Origin: Thermoplasmatota archaeon
GTDB lineage: Archaea > Thermoplasmatota > Poseidoniia > Poseidoniales > Poseidoniaceae
Direction: 5' to 3'
Assembly (NCBI GenBank): GCA_036160375.1
Contig: JAYYDY010000063.1
Span: 1 to 44,027, forward strand
DNA length: 44,027 bases
Shown: positions 17,433 to 27,397 of the stretch, piece after piece
How positions within the stretch are numbered: position 1 is the stretch's first letter
How the letters are laid out: the number at the start of each line of letters is the position of its first letter
Notes under the pieces: model-generated
Databases searched by the model: none
Told to the model about the DNA's origin: nothing
What the model saw: only the letters and a program-made list of their open reading frames with translations
Made by a program: the position numbers and the translations under genes

Positions 17433-18275
17433 TTACCGGTGCTTCCAAACTGCTGTTTCACGGTTCATGAAGGCCTGAACACCGATTTCCTTGTCCTCGC
17501 TGTCGAACAGACCGGCGAAGGCGATGGCTTCAATTTCCACGCCGTCGGTGAGGCCTTCGTCAAGGGCAGCGCGCACCGTGGCCTTGCCGACACGCAGAGC
17601 GAGCGAAGATTTGCTGCCGATTCGACGAGCCATGGCCATGACGGTGGATTCCAATTCTTCCGGTGCGACGACGTGGTTGACCAGCCCGATGCGTTGCGCC
17701 TCTTCGGCTGGCACCATGTCGCCGGTCATGATCATCTCGTGGGCCTTGCCGTAGCCGACCAAACGTTCCAGCCGTTGGGTGGCGCCGTAGCCGGGAATGA
17801 GGCCGAGGTTGATTTCAGGCGTGCCGAAGGTGGAGCGGTCGCTGGCGATGCGAATGTCGCACGAACACGCCACTTCGCATCCACCGCCCAAGGCAAAACC
17901 GTCTACCATGGCGATGGTGGGCTTGCTGAGGTTCCACAGCGCTTCAACGGCGTTGTTCTTGAATCGCTCTCGGATGACTTGGCTGCCCGCACCAGCAAAC
18001 TCGGTGATGTCGGCGCCTGCGACGAAGGCATGCGGCTTGGCTCGCTTCCCTTCGGGAGGTGGGTTGGGCGATGCGCCGGTGACCACCAGGACGCGCACAT
18101 CATCGGTGGCCTCTAACCAATCGCAAACGGCCTTGAGGGAGGCCAAGACATCGTCGTTGAGGGCGTTCAGTTTGTCCGGTCGGTCGATGGTCATGCAGGC
18201 GATGAAACCGAGGTCGTCCTCATCGCTGATGGCGTGCAGGTCAACCTTCATCACGTCGCTTTGTGGGGGGTTCAT
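17433..18275 (-). CDS. Enoyl-CoA hydratase (crotonase / PaaF-like)
   Basis: RPDKLNALN, FVAGADI, GGGCE and PEINLG (both catalytic Glu present). Confidence 0.9.
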   Translation of the reverse strand: MNPPQSDVMKVDLHAISDEDDLGFIACMTIDRPDKLNALNDDVLASLKAVCDWLEATDDVRVLVVTGASPNPPPEGKRAKPHAFVAGADITEFAGAGSQVIRERFKNNAVEALWNLSKPTIAMVDGFALGGGCEVACSCDIRIASDRSTFGTPEINLGLIPGYGATQRLERLVGYGKAHEMIMTGDMVPAEEAQRIGLVNHVVAPEELESTVMAMARRIGSKSSLALRVGKATVRAALDEGLTDGVEIEAIAFAGLFDSEDKEIGVQAFMNRETAVWKHR

Positions 18276-18369
18276 GGCTCCACTGAGGGCTCCCCTCTTC
18301 TTGATGTCATCGCCATGCTTCAATGAAGCACAACCAAGGTATGATAATTCAAAACGAAATCAACGGTCT

Positions 18370-19155
18370 ATGGCTGGGGGCAAAGAACCGATGGTCAGCG
18401 CCGTGGACATGGCGAAGAAATACGGTGATTTCATCGCCCTTCATCCACTCAATGTGGAAGTTCATGCTGGCGAATTCTTTGGCGTGTTTGGACCCAACGG
18501 CGCCGGGAAATCCACCTTCATCAAGCTCTTGACCGGGCAACTCCGGCCGAGCAAAGGGCGCATTGAGGTGCTCGGTGTGGACGCCGTAAGTGACCCTCAG
18601 AAAGTCAAGGCCAACATTGGCATCGTACCCGAGTCGGAGTCACCACCCTCGTTCCTGACGCCGGCTGAATTCCTCGAGTTCGTGGCTCGTCTGCGCGGCG
18701 TTGAGAACATGAAGGCCAAGGTTGAGCACTGGCTCGAATGGTTTGGCCTCCAAGACAAGCGAGACACCATGTGCAAGGACCTCTCGAAAGGTCAGCGACA
18801 GAAGGTGATGCTCGCCAGCGCGTTTATCCATAAGCCGAAACTCTTGTTCCTCGACGAACCGTTCGCCAATCTTGACCCGATTTACCAGCGAAAATGTCGC
18901 GAGTGGCTGCTGGAGCACGTGGCCGATGGAGGTACGATTTTCCTCTGCTCGCACGTGCTTGAAATGGCAGAACGCATGTGCAACAGAATGGCGATCATCA
19001 ACGACGGGAAAGTGCTTGCAGCAGGTACGGTCAAAGGGCTCAAACAATCAAAAGAAGAGACCTTGGAAGACGTCTTCATTCGTTTGGTCGGTCGTTCCAT
19101 CGAGGACGTTGAACGCCTCAGCGACGAAGGGGTCACGGACGATTCGGAGGAATGA
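18370..19155 (+). CDS. ABC transporter ATP-binding protein (ABC-2 / exporter type)
   Basis: GPNGAGKST, LSKGQRQK, LFLDEP and SH motifs. Confidence 0.92.
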   Translation: MAGGKEPMVSAVDMAKKYGDFIALHPLNVEVHAGEFFGVFGPNGAGKSTFIKLLTGQLRPSKGRIEVLGVDAVSDPQKVKANIGIVPESESPPSFLTPAEFLEFVARLRGVENMKAKVEHWLEWFGLQDKRDTMCKDLSKGQRQKVMLASAFIHKPKLLFLDEPFANLDPIYQRKCREWLLEHVADGGTIFLCSHVLEMAERMCNRMAIINDGKVLAAGTVKGLKQSKEETLEDVFIRLVGRSIEDVERLSDEGVTDDSEE

Positions 19156-20849
19156 GCGTGGTCGGGACCTTCGTCGAATCGCGTCCGTGGACGGACGAAG
19201 ATTTCAGCGAGTCGGGCCCACTGGGGACCTCCTCTCACGGTGTCACGTTGAACGAACCACTTCGGGGTTGGGCTTCGTTTTCCGCCACCTTTCGTGTTAT
19301 GTTCATCGAAGAAGGTCGCAAGAGCGTTGAATTCGCAAAAAAGCGCCAGATGGTGCTCTTTCCGCTGTTGCTGACGCTGGTCACCGCCATTTCGACCATC
19401 GGTTTGCAGTTTCTGGTGGGCGATTCCACCGCACAGACCTCCGACATTGATGCCAAGACCTTCACCTGGCAGGAACTCCGTTTTGCTCTCCACCTGCCGA
19501 TGTTCATGTTTTCCTTGGGCATGGGCACCTTTGCGTTCATGGGTCGTGATGCCATCGTCCGACGAACGGGTACCAAGAATTTCCTTTTGGCAGCGCCTGC
19601 GCTTCAACCGCTGCCCAATTCCATGGCGCATTTTGCCTACTTCGTCAAGGACTTGTTGTTCTACGTGATGCTGATTCTCTCCCCCATCATCGCCGGTATG
19701 GCGCTGGGCATCCTCCTCGACGGGTTTGCCGGTATCCGAACCCCGCTGTTGTGGAGTTCGCTCCCGTGGACATGGTTGGCCATGGCCACGACGCTGGGCC
19801 AAGGCTTGGCGCTCTCGTTCCTGGCCTCGTCGCTGTGGCTCCGTGGACGGCCGTTCACCGTGATTGGGCCGTTGGCGATCGTGGCCATCGGCATCGCTGT
19901 TGGCGTGGGTGTGTTGCCCGCCGATGTCCTGCTTTGGGGTCTGGCAGCTCAGTCAAGTCAGAGCGGTCTTGCGATTCTTCTAGGATTGCTTCTTTCGCTG
20001 GGCATCGGATTGATCGCTTCGCTGCTCATCCTCGACGACTTTGACGTGAGCGTGGTTGAGCGCGGTGATCTGTTGGCACCGACCTACGCCCGCCTCGGTT
20101 TCCTTGGCCGCGGCCACATCCGCCTCATCGTGGCGAAGGAATTCGTTGACCTCTTTCGCTCGGGAGCCATCAAGAAGATGACCGTGTCTTACGCCATTCC
20201 CCTCCTCGTGTTGTTGGGCATGGCCTGGCTGGTGGATTTTGCCGAGGCTCCCATCCCCATCAACCTGCTCTCGTACGCCCCGTTCCTCGGGTTCTTCGGG
20301 TTCAATTTCTATTCGTGGTTGACCATCCTTGACTCCCCGGATTTCATGAACGGCTTGCCGCTGAAAGTCCCCGATTTGATTCGAGCGAAAGTGGTGGTGT
20401 ACTTCCTCGCTACGTCTTGGATTTCCCTGATTTTCATCGTCTTGATGGCTTGGCGACTGGACGAATGGGCTTCGTTGCCCACCAGCATCATCGTCATGTT
20501 CGCCAACTCGGTCTACATCGTTGCGCTCACGGCCTTCTTGATGGGCCTGCGACCGAACAAAGCCATTTTCGACGCTTCGATCATGGTTTGGTTTTGGATT
20601 GGAACCGTCTTGCCCCTGCTCGGCCTCTTCCTGCTCTCGTTCACCCAAGGCGATGTGAGCCTCTACGGTAATTGGTGGGAGCGAGCCAGTCAGGACGGGT
20701 TGGCCGCTACCGCCCAAATGTACGATGAAACCATGGTCCAACAGGGCTACATGGGCATGATCGCTATTTCCATCGGCCTCATCTTCGCTTCGGCCTTGCT
20801 TTGGAAATTGATGGACACCCGTTGGGGCCGCTCCGAGTTCTCAAATTGA
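19152..20849 (+). CDS. ABC exporter permease (multi-TM)
   Basis: ATGA overlap with the ATPase gene, about 12-14 hydrophobic segments. Confidence 0.75.
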   Translation: MSVVGTFVESRPWTDEDFSESGPLGTSSHGVTLNEPLRGWASFSATFRVMFIEEGRKSVEFAKKRQMVLFPLLLTLVTAISTIGLQFLVGDSTAQTSDIDAKTFTWQELRFALHLPMFMFSLGMGTFAFMGRDAIVRRTGTKNFLLAAPALQPLPNSMAHFAYFVKDLLFYVMLILSPIIAGMALGILLDGFAGIRTPLLWSSLPWTWLAMATTLGQGLALSFLASSLWLRGRPFTVIGPLAIVAIGIAVGVGVLPADVLLWGLAAQSSQSGLAILLGLLLSLGIGLIASLLILDDFDVSVVERGDLLAPTYARLGFLGRGHIRLIVAKEFVDLFRSGAIKKMTVSYAIPLLVLLGMAWLVDFAEAPIPINLLSYAPFLGFFGFNFYSWLTILDSPDFMNGLPLKVPDLIRAKVVVYFLATSWISLIFIVLMAWRLDEWASLPTSIIVMFANSVYIVALTAFLMGLRPNKAIFDASIMVWFWIGTVLPLLGLFLLSFTQGDVSLYGNWWERASQDGLAATAQMYDETMVQQGYMGMIAISIGLIFASALLWKLMDTRWGRSEFSN

Positions 20850-20905
20850 GCCTCAGCGCTGTCTCGGGAGGTAGGTTCTTGAGCGGTAGGCGACGGCCGT
20901 GAATC

Positions 20906-21460
20906 ATGGGTCAAGTCGTGGCGGTGTGCGGCATGCCCGGCTCAGGCAAAGGTGAATTCGCGGCGGTTCTCGCTGAGACCGGCGTGCCAGTTGTTTCCAT
21001 GGGCGACATGATTCGAGCCGAAGTACGCCGCCTCGGATTGGAAGAAGCCCCGCACGTGTTTGGTGAGGTGGCGGCCTCACTGCGAGCCGCTCACGGTGAG
21101 GACGTGTTGGCGGTCCGCCTCTGCGACCGCGTCGACGAACTGCTCGTCGACCATCCGTTGGTGCTCATTGAAGGCCTTCGTGGAACGGCGGAAGACGCCG
21201 TGTTTGCCGCCAGGTGGGGTCCCATCTATCGGACGGTGGCCATCATCGCTGATGCAGAATTACGCTTCCAGCGAACACTCAAGCGCGGCCGGTCTGAAGA
21301 CGGTGACCGAGCGGCTTTCAAGGCACGAAATCAACGCGAACAGGGTTGGGGTCTTGATGCCCTCATCGAGGTGGCCTCCGATAAAATCCACAACGACGTT
21401 GACCTGCCTGAATTTCAGAGCCGCTGTGAAGCGTGGATGGCTGCGATTCTGAACGCCTAA
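20906..21460 (+). CDS. Archaeal P-loop nucleotide kinase (UPF0200 / dephospho-CoA kinase-like)
   Basis: CGMPGSGKG, SMGD.IR, IEGLR, RGR.ED and RE..WG motifs. Confidence 0.8.
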   Translation: MGQVVAVCGMPGSGKGEFAAVLAETGVPVVSMGDMIRAEVRRLGLEEAPHVFGEVAASLRAAHGEDVLAVRLCDRVDELLVDHPLVLIEGLRGTAEDAVFAARWGPIYRTVAIIADAELRFQRTLKRGRSEDGDRAAFKARNQREQGWGLDALIEVASDKIHNDVDLPEFQSRCEAWMAAILNA

Positions 21461-21579
21461 ATCGGTGTGCCTCGACGGTAGGAAACGCGCCACAGCAGGG
21501 CGGTTTACGACCGATTTTCACCCAAGTGTTATAGTCGGGGAGATGTTGTAGCAAACTGCAATCGCGGGGGTTGGTGACC

Positions 21580-23103
21580 ATGGCAAGAAAAAAAGGCGGT
21601 GGCGGTGGACGACAGCGAGCCCGACAACGAGCGCAATACGATGAGTTGGACAAGTACCCTGTGATGCCTCCTCACGCCTTTGCTCGTATCGTTCGCGATA
21701 AGCAAACGCTCAACATCATCTACCAGATCATCGAACCTCCGCTCACCAAGAAGGAACAAGAGCAACGAGACGAAATCATGGACATCTTCATTCGCTCCCT
21801 GACGGCGAACATCGAGGAAATCGACTCCAATCCGGAAGCCTACGTACGGACGGCCATGGACAAGGTCATCAAATCCTACAGCATGAAAATCAACAAGAAA
21901 TCCAAGTCGAAGCTGTTCTATTACCTTCGCCGCGACCTCATCGGCTACGGGAAAATGGACGTGTTGATGAACGACGTCAACGTTGAGGACATCTCCCTTG
22001 ATGGCACCAACGTGCCCATTTTTGCTTACCATCGGAAATTCGAATCGGTGGAGACCACGTGTGTTTGGGAAACCGATGAAGAGCTGGAATCCTACGTCAT
22101 CAAACTCGCTCAACGCTGTGGAAAGCACATTTCCGTCGCAGAACCGCTGCTCGACGCTACGCTGATGGACGGCTCCCGTATCGTGATGAAACTCGGGCAC
22201 GAGATCTCAACCCGCGGTTCGGCGTTCTGTATTCGACGTTTCAAGGACGACCCGTTCTCCCCTGCCGACATCGTCGCCTTCCGAACCATGTCGTCGTTGA
22301 TGGTGGCCTACCTGTGGATCGCCTTCCAGAACGAAGTTCCCATGCTCTTCGTCGGCGGTACGGCGTCCGGAAAAACGACCACCCTCAACGCCATGTGCAT
22401 TTTCATCCCCTGGCAAATGAAAATCGTCTCCATCGAATCCACCCGTGAAGTCAACATTCCGCAACCCAACTGGGTTCCGGGTCTGACCCGACAAGGGTTC
22501 GGTGGTGAGAGCGATGACGGTGTGATCGGTGAGTTCGAGTTGCTCAAGGCAGCGTTACGTGAACGGCCGGAATACATCATCGTGGGTGAAATCCGTGGTG
22601 CTGAAGCCTACGTTCTGTTCCAAGCCATGGCCACTGGCCACTGTGCATACTCCACGGTTCACGCCGACTCGGTGCCCTCCCTCGTTCACCGTTTGGAAAA
22701 CAAACCGATCGACATCCCCCGTGTGCTTTTGCCGGCGCTGGAAGCCTGTTCGATTCAGATTCAGACCCGTATCAATGGACGCCGTGTGCGTCGCACCAAG
22801 CAAGTGGTGGAAATCGTCGGTATCGACCCCAACTCGATGGAAGTCATCACCAACGAAGTGTTCCGCTGGGACGTGACCAACGATGATTTCATCTTCAGCG
22901 GCAAGTCCTACGTGCTGGAGAAAATCATGGTCAAGATCAACTACAGTCAGGAAGAGATGCGTCGTGAATTGCGAACCCGCAAGCGTATTTTGGAATGGAT
23001 GGTTCTCAACGACATTCGCAAGGCTGACCAGGTTTCGCAAATCGTCACGGAATACTATGTCCGACCCAATGAAATTCTCGCCCGTGTGGACGGGTTGAAG
23101 TGA
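21580..23103 (+). CDS. Type IV pilus / secretion ATPase (PilB/FlaI/VirB11 family)
   Basis: VEDIS.DG, GGTASGKTT, SIESTRE, LRERPEYIIVGEIRG.EA and TGH...ST.HA motifs. Confidence 0.93.
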   Translation: MARKKGGGGGRQRARQRAQYDELDKYPVMPPHAFARIVRDKQTLNIIYQIIEPPLTKKEQEQRDEIMDIFIRSLTANIEEIDSNPEAYVRTAMDKVIKSYSMKINKKSKSKLFYYLRRDLIGYGKMDVLMNDVNVEDISLDGTNVPIFAYHRKFESVETTCVWETDEELESYVIKLAQRCGKHISVAEPLLDATLMDGSRIVMKLGHEISTRGSAFCIRRFKDDPFSPADIVAFRTMSSLMVAYLWIAFQNEVPMLFVGGTASGKTTTLNAMCIFIPWQMKIVSIESTREVNIPQPNWVPGLTRQGFGGESDDGVIGEFELLKAALRERPEYIIVGEIRGAEAYVLFQAMATGHCAYSTVHADSVPSLVHRLENKPIDIPRVLLPALEACSIQIQTRINGRRVRRTKQVVEIVGIDPNSMEVITNEVFRWDVTNDDFIFSGKSYVLEKIMVKINYSQEEMRRELRTRKRILEWMVLNDIRKADQVSQIVTEYYVRPNEILARVDGLK

Positions 23104-23127
23104 GGCGGCCAAACAGGAGTCGATAGC

Positions 23128-24147
23128 ATGGACCTGACGGCATGGCAACGCATCTGCAATCGGCTGCTCGGGCCGTTTGTCAAGAAGCGCGCTCGCAACG
23201 ACAAAGAATTGTCTGCCAACCTCGTCAAAGGGTCGATGGGCATGATGCCCGAAGTGTACCTCTCCACCGTGATCGTCACCTCGATTGCCATTGCGCTGAT
23301 GTCGTGGGCCTTCGTGGCCATTTTCTTCATCCCCGACATCGGCGTTATCGCCTTTTACGAGAGCATTCAAGACGCCGCCACGAAGGACCCGTGCTTTGAG
23401 TGGGAGTACTGGAACCCTGCTCTTGTCGACCCCTCGCAGCCCGGCAACGGTTGTCCTGAATACGCTCTCCAGGTGTTTCCGCCGGCGCTGAAGGTCGTTA
23501 TCGTGGCCCTTGGCGGTTTCATCATCCCGTACGCCGCATACATGTACAACAAAGGTGGCGCTGCTCGAGAAGCAACCCGCCGTGCAGACATGATTGAGAA
23601 GTACCTGCCCTACGCTGCCTCCTACACGGCAGCGATGTCGGCGGCCAACGCCACCCCGGCCAAGATTTTCAGGTCCCTTGCCATGAACAAGGACATCTAT
23701 GGCGATGTGGCCGATGACGCCGCGATGATCTATCGCGACATTACACTCTTGGGCTACGACCTCATTACCGCCATGAAAATGAGTGTTGATCGGGCCGCAT
23801 CGGTGTGGTTAACGGAATTTTTCCAAGGCATGGTCGGTACCCTCACGGCCGGTGGCCAGCTCAAGCTGTTTTTCCTCAACCGCGCAGAGCACTACATGCG
23901 TGAAAACCGCACACGACTGGGGCAATTCCTTGAGTCGATTGCCCTGCTGGCCGAGTCTTACATTGTGGTCGCTGTCGCTATGCCGCTCTTCCTGATCGTC
24001 ATGCTCGTCATCATGTTCTGGGTGTCGGGCTCGGGTGCACAGATGAGTGAAGGCATGCTGTACGGCATCGTGTTGGGTTTTATCCCGATGATTCACATCG
24101 CCTACGCCATTCTCGTGTGGACCAGCAGCAAGGAGCAAGAAATGTGA
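23128..24147 (+). CDS. Type IV pilus platform protein (PilC/FlaJ/TadC, T2SS-F domain)
   Basis: TM pattern, IEKYLPYA, YG.V and FLESIALLAESY. Follows the ATPase. Confidence 0.85.
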   Translation: MDLTAWQRICNRLLGPFVKKRARNDKELSANLVKGSMGMMPEVYLSTVIVTSIAIALMSWAFVAIFFIPDIGVIAFYESIQDAATKDPCFEWEYWNPALVDPSQPGNGCPEYALQVFPPALKVVIVALGGFIIPYAAYMYNKGGAAREATRRADMIEKYLPYAASYTAAMSAANATPAKIFRSLAMNKDIYGDVADDAAMIYRDITLLGYDLITAMKMSVDRAASVWLTEFFQGMVGTLTAGGQLKLFFLNRAEHYMRENRTRLGQFLESIALLAESYIVVAVAMPLFLIVMLVIMFWVSGSGAQMSEGMLYGIVLGFIPMIHIAYAILVWTSSKEQEM

Positions 24148-24161
24148 GGGGGTGAAGGACA

Positions 24162-25736
24162 GTGGCGCGCAAGAAGGACAAGATTGTGGTCAACCTCGAC
24201 CTCCCCAAGGACGACACGACGCTGACCAAACTCTACGTCATCTTGTTCTTCTCCATCATCCTCGGCTTGGGCAGCGGTCTGTTCTGGATCACCAACTCAG
24301 GATTCGTCCCCACGGCCAACGGTGAACCAATGTTCACCAACCTGTACTGCGGTGCCACGGCTCAGGATGAACTTGGCAATCCAACGGGTGAATTTTTCCA
24401 AACCAACCAGAAGCCAACCTACACGGCGAACCAAACCTGCTCCATCCTCCAAGACAGCCCCGACCGCATCACGTGGGAGGACGAGGAATGGACCATGGTC
24501 ACCAAGCGAGGCAAAAACTTCGATGTTCCTGGTGTTCCAGATTCCGCCACAGGCGGGACCGCCGTGCTTCAACCGCTCTGGCTGAACTACACCGTTGAGG
24601 CCTCGGGTTCGTACGATTACACCGTCGCCATCCGGACGTCCTCCGGTGATATTCTCGAGTACGAGAACGAGACGGCGAACTCCGGCACACAGCAACTCTA
24701 CATGGTTACGATTCCGCCGGATTCGCGGTACGAACTCATCTTCATGTCCTCGCAGGAGGGCCAGTTCCTGCAAACCATCACGTTCGACATGACCGTCCAC
24801 TATCAGGACGGTATCCCCACGAACATGAACAACAAATCGTTGTGGTTAGGCCCTGCCTTGGAAGCAGGACCGCTGAAGGTCCACCCGACCATTTTCCTCA
24901 ACTTCTTCGGTCTGACGTTCTTTTTCTTCATCTTCCCGGCCTCCTACTACTGGGAGCGCGTTGAAAACGAGAAGAACGAGGTGGAAGAGAAGTTCCCGGA
25001 CTTCCTCCGAGACCTGGCCGAATACTGGAAAGGTGGTCTCTCCATGACCGTCGCCGTTCAAACCCTGGCGACTTCGGAATACGGTGCTCTCAACGATGAA
25101 GTCAAGAAAATGTCTGACCAGTTGAGTTGGGGTGTCAAATTCTCCGACGTTATCGGTCAGTTCGCTGAACGGGTTGGCACCCCCCTCGTCCGTCGTGCCA
25201 TTACGCTCATCGCCGAAGCGGATCGTGCGGGCGGGAAAATTTCGGACATTCTCGTCACGGCTGCCAACGACTCCCGTGAATTGAAGTTCCTCGAGGGTGA
25301 ACGGAGACGTGCCATCGGCTCGTACATCGCGGTGATTTGGACGTCGTACTTCGTTTTCCTCGGCGTGATTGTCGTTCTGGCCAAGGTGTTTATTCCCGCT
25401 ATTGCAGGTTCAAACTCGGGAGGCGAGGGCGGTGGCGACAGCGGCGGTCAAACCATCGGGAACATGACCATTCGAAACATCGACCCGCTGTTCTTCCTGA
25501 CGATTTTCTACTACGGCGTGACCATGCAAGCGCTCGGTAACGGCTCCATGGCCGGTTTGATGGCCACCGGTCGCTTCTCGACCGGATTCAAGCACTCAGG
25601 GATGATGATCGTCGTCGCTCTCGTCATCTTCAACCTCGTCGCATTCTCGCCCGACCTCATCGGCATCACGGAAGTTCCCGGCCTGAACCCCTCTTCGGGG
25701 ACCTTCGTTCCTTCCCCGCTCTACTTCGGAGGCTGA
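24162..25736 (+). CDS. Second T2SS-F platform protein with a large extracytoplasmic insertion
   Basis: FPDFLRDLAE..KGGLS, YGAL..EV, SWG and AGG.I.DIL motifs. About 190-aa beta-rich insert after TM1. Confidence 0.85.
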   Translation: MARKKDKIVVNLDLPKDDTTLTKLYVILFFSIILGLGSGLFWITNSGFVPTANGEPMFTNLYCGATAQDELGNPTGEFFQTNQKPTYTANQTCSILQDSPDRITWEDEEWTMVTKRGKNFDVPGVPDSATGGTAVLQPLWLNYTVEASGSYDYTVAIRTSSGDILEYENETANSGTQQLYMVTIPPDSRYELIFMSSQEGQFLQTITFDMTVHYQDGIPTNMNNKSLWLGPALEAGPLKVHPTIFLNFFGLTFFFFIFPASYYWERVENEKNEVEEKFPDFLRDLAEYWKGGLSMTVAVQTLATSEYGALNDEVKKMSDQLSWGVKFSDVIGQFAERVGTPLVRRAITLIAEADRAGGKISDILVTAANDSRELKFLEGERRRAIGSYIAVIWTSYFVFLGVIVVLAKVFIPAIAGSNSGGEGGGDSGGQTIGNMTIRNIDPLFFLTIFYYGVTMQALGNGSMAGLMATGRFSTGFKHSGMMIVVALVIFNLVAFSPDLIGITEVPGLNPSSGTFVPSPLYFGG

Positions 25737-25740
25737 CGGC

Positions 25741-26181
25741 GTGCGTCACGACGAAGAGGCCCAGATTCACATTCTGGAAATGTTGACGCTGTTTTGGCTG
25801 TTCTTCATGTCGGCTACGTTCTTGATTCGCGTCCACGTTCCCGACTCTGCCTCCGTCGCCCTTGACTCATCCTTGGAGATGGCCGCCGACGATGCCATCC
25901 GCTACGGTCTGGGCCTCGAGGCCGAGATTGAAGGCGACAGTCGTTTGGAGGAGTTGCTGGCCGACGATGCTCGGGAAGAGGCCTGTGAGTTGCTTCAGTC
26001 TGCTGTGGCGCCCGGAAAGGAGGCGAATTGCTGGCTGGCGAAGGACAGTTCGGTGGCCACGCCGCACGGCACGGTTGGAACACCGGCCGGCGGCACGGTG
26101 GCGGTCCACCATCTCGTGGTCATCGGCCCGTACGTTTGGACGGTCACGCTGGACGTTTGGGCTCGTGGAGGTGGTGCTTGA
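25741..26181 (+). CDS. Pilin-like protein (class III signal peptide)
   Basis: MRHDEEA/QIHILE followed by a hydrophobic helix, with Glu near the start of the mature sequence. Lies in the pilus operon. Confidence 0.65.
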   Translation: MRHDEEAQIHILEMLTLFWLFFMSATFLIRVHVPDSASVALDSSLEMAADDAIRYGLGLEAEIEGDSRLEELLADDAREEACELLQSAVAPGKEANCWLAKDSSVATPHGTVGTPAGGTVAVHHLVVIGPYVWTVTLDVWARGGGA

Positions 26182-26627
26182 TGCGCGCCACTCAACTGAA
26201 GGACGCCAACGCCGGACAGATGCTGCTGGCCACCGGTGTCGTGCTCCTCATGTCCTTGCTCTCCATGGCCATTTTCGGTGTGAAGGTGGCGGGTCTGACG
26301 TTGCCTCACGAGGCAGCATCGGACGACGTCATTGATACGACTGATCAGGTGCTTGAGACGATACAGCCCCTGACACAGGCGCGGATGGAACTCTGGATGG
26401 ACGGCGGCCTTGAACCGTTGGAAGCAGCCGAACTTGGTTTCGAAACCGTTCACGACGACCTGCTCCACCACGGCGAGTTGCGGGGCGTTGAAATCAAACT
26501 CACCAACATGGCTGTTTCAGAACTCGACAGCAACACGCTTCAGGTCAGCGCAGAACTGGGTGTATCCGACGGCGAGGCCATGCTGAATTACGAGGTGGCG
26601 TTCACACTCACCGTTCAAGCCTCGTGA
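26181..26627 (+). CDS. Pilin-like protein (class III signal peptide)
   Basis: MRATQLKDANAG/QMLLATGVVLL. ATG 26181 overlaps the previous TGA. Confidence 0.65.
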   Translation: MRATQLKDANAGQMLLATGVVLLMSLLSMAIFGVKVAGLTLPHEAASDDVIDTTDQVLETIQPLTQARMELWMDGGLEPLEAAELGFETVHDDLLHHGELRGVEIKLTNMAVSELDSNTLQVSAELGVSDGEAMLNYEVAFTLTVQAS

Positions 26628-27259
26628 TGAGCATCAACGGCTCGGTTGAGCAAGGTGAAGATGCGCTCAACATCGCTGTCGACACGGGTGGGGTCAACCA
26701 CGGGCCAGTTCGCGATTTTCGCACGCTCGATGAGCCCTTCTTGAATGGCGCGAATCCGAGCGAAGCTGGCAAGATAACGGTCGGACCGACGGTAGGAATG
26801 AGCGTCTCTTGACTTCAGCATGTCCTGATGGGCGCGGTCCTCATCCACCACCATCACCACGCCCAAGGCCACGCCCCCGGCGTCTTCCCACGCCTTGAGC
26901 AGGCGTGCACTCGGAACGATGTGAACGCCTTCGAGCAGGAGGTCGATGCCTTCCCTTCGAGCCCGTTCAACGGTGGCCGTGATGCCCGCTTCAACAGCGA
27001 GGCAGGTTTCGTTCCAATCCAGCACGGGCTCACCACTGCTTCCTCTCGAAAAGGACGAGCGGTGCAGCGCTTCTCGTTGCTGCTCCTGATCTGCCGCCCG
27101 CATGATTTCACGAATGGCGTCGGTCGACATGACCCGGGTGAATCCGGCTCGGTTGGCGACGCCGACGGCTGCCGTCGATTTCCCAACCCCGGTGGCCCCG
27201 GCGATGATGAGCAACCTCGGCGGTCGCGTTGAGAGGGTTTGCGCTGTTTGTTGCGCCAT
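26615..27259 (-). CDS. 2-phosphoglycerate kinase-family P-loop kinase (short, no ATP-cone)
   Basis: IIAGATGVGKST, STD.IRE.MR and EGVHIVP motifs. Start is uncertain. Confidence 0.75.
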   Translation of the reverse strand: MAQQTAQTLSTRPPRLLIIAGATGVGKSTAAVGVANRAGFTRVMSTDAIREIMRAADQEQQREALHRSSFSRGSSGEPVLDWNETCLAVEAGITATVERARREGIDLLLEGVHIVPSARLLKAWEDAGGVALGVVMVVDEDRAHQDMLKSRDAHSYRRSDRYLASFARIRAIQEGLIERAKIANWPVVDPTRVDSDVERIFTLLNRAVDAHHEA

Positions 27260-27397
27260 CCCTACCCGCTGGGCCATGCGGGTGAGGTGCAGGGGCGAGC
27301 ACATGAGGGTTCTGCCCAAGGATGCGTTCCCTTCCATCATTTGGTGCCCGAGAAAACCCACCGATGGCCCTTTGAATCGGGTGGGCTTGGAAGATTC

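Noticed and set aside
21580-25736. Archaellum (fla/arl) locus
   Set aside because: No archaellins or FlaH/FlaF/FlaG. Two split F-domain genes plus small pilins fit a pilus better.
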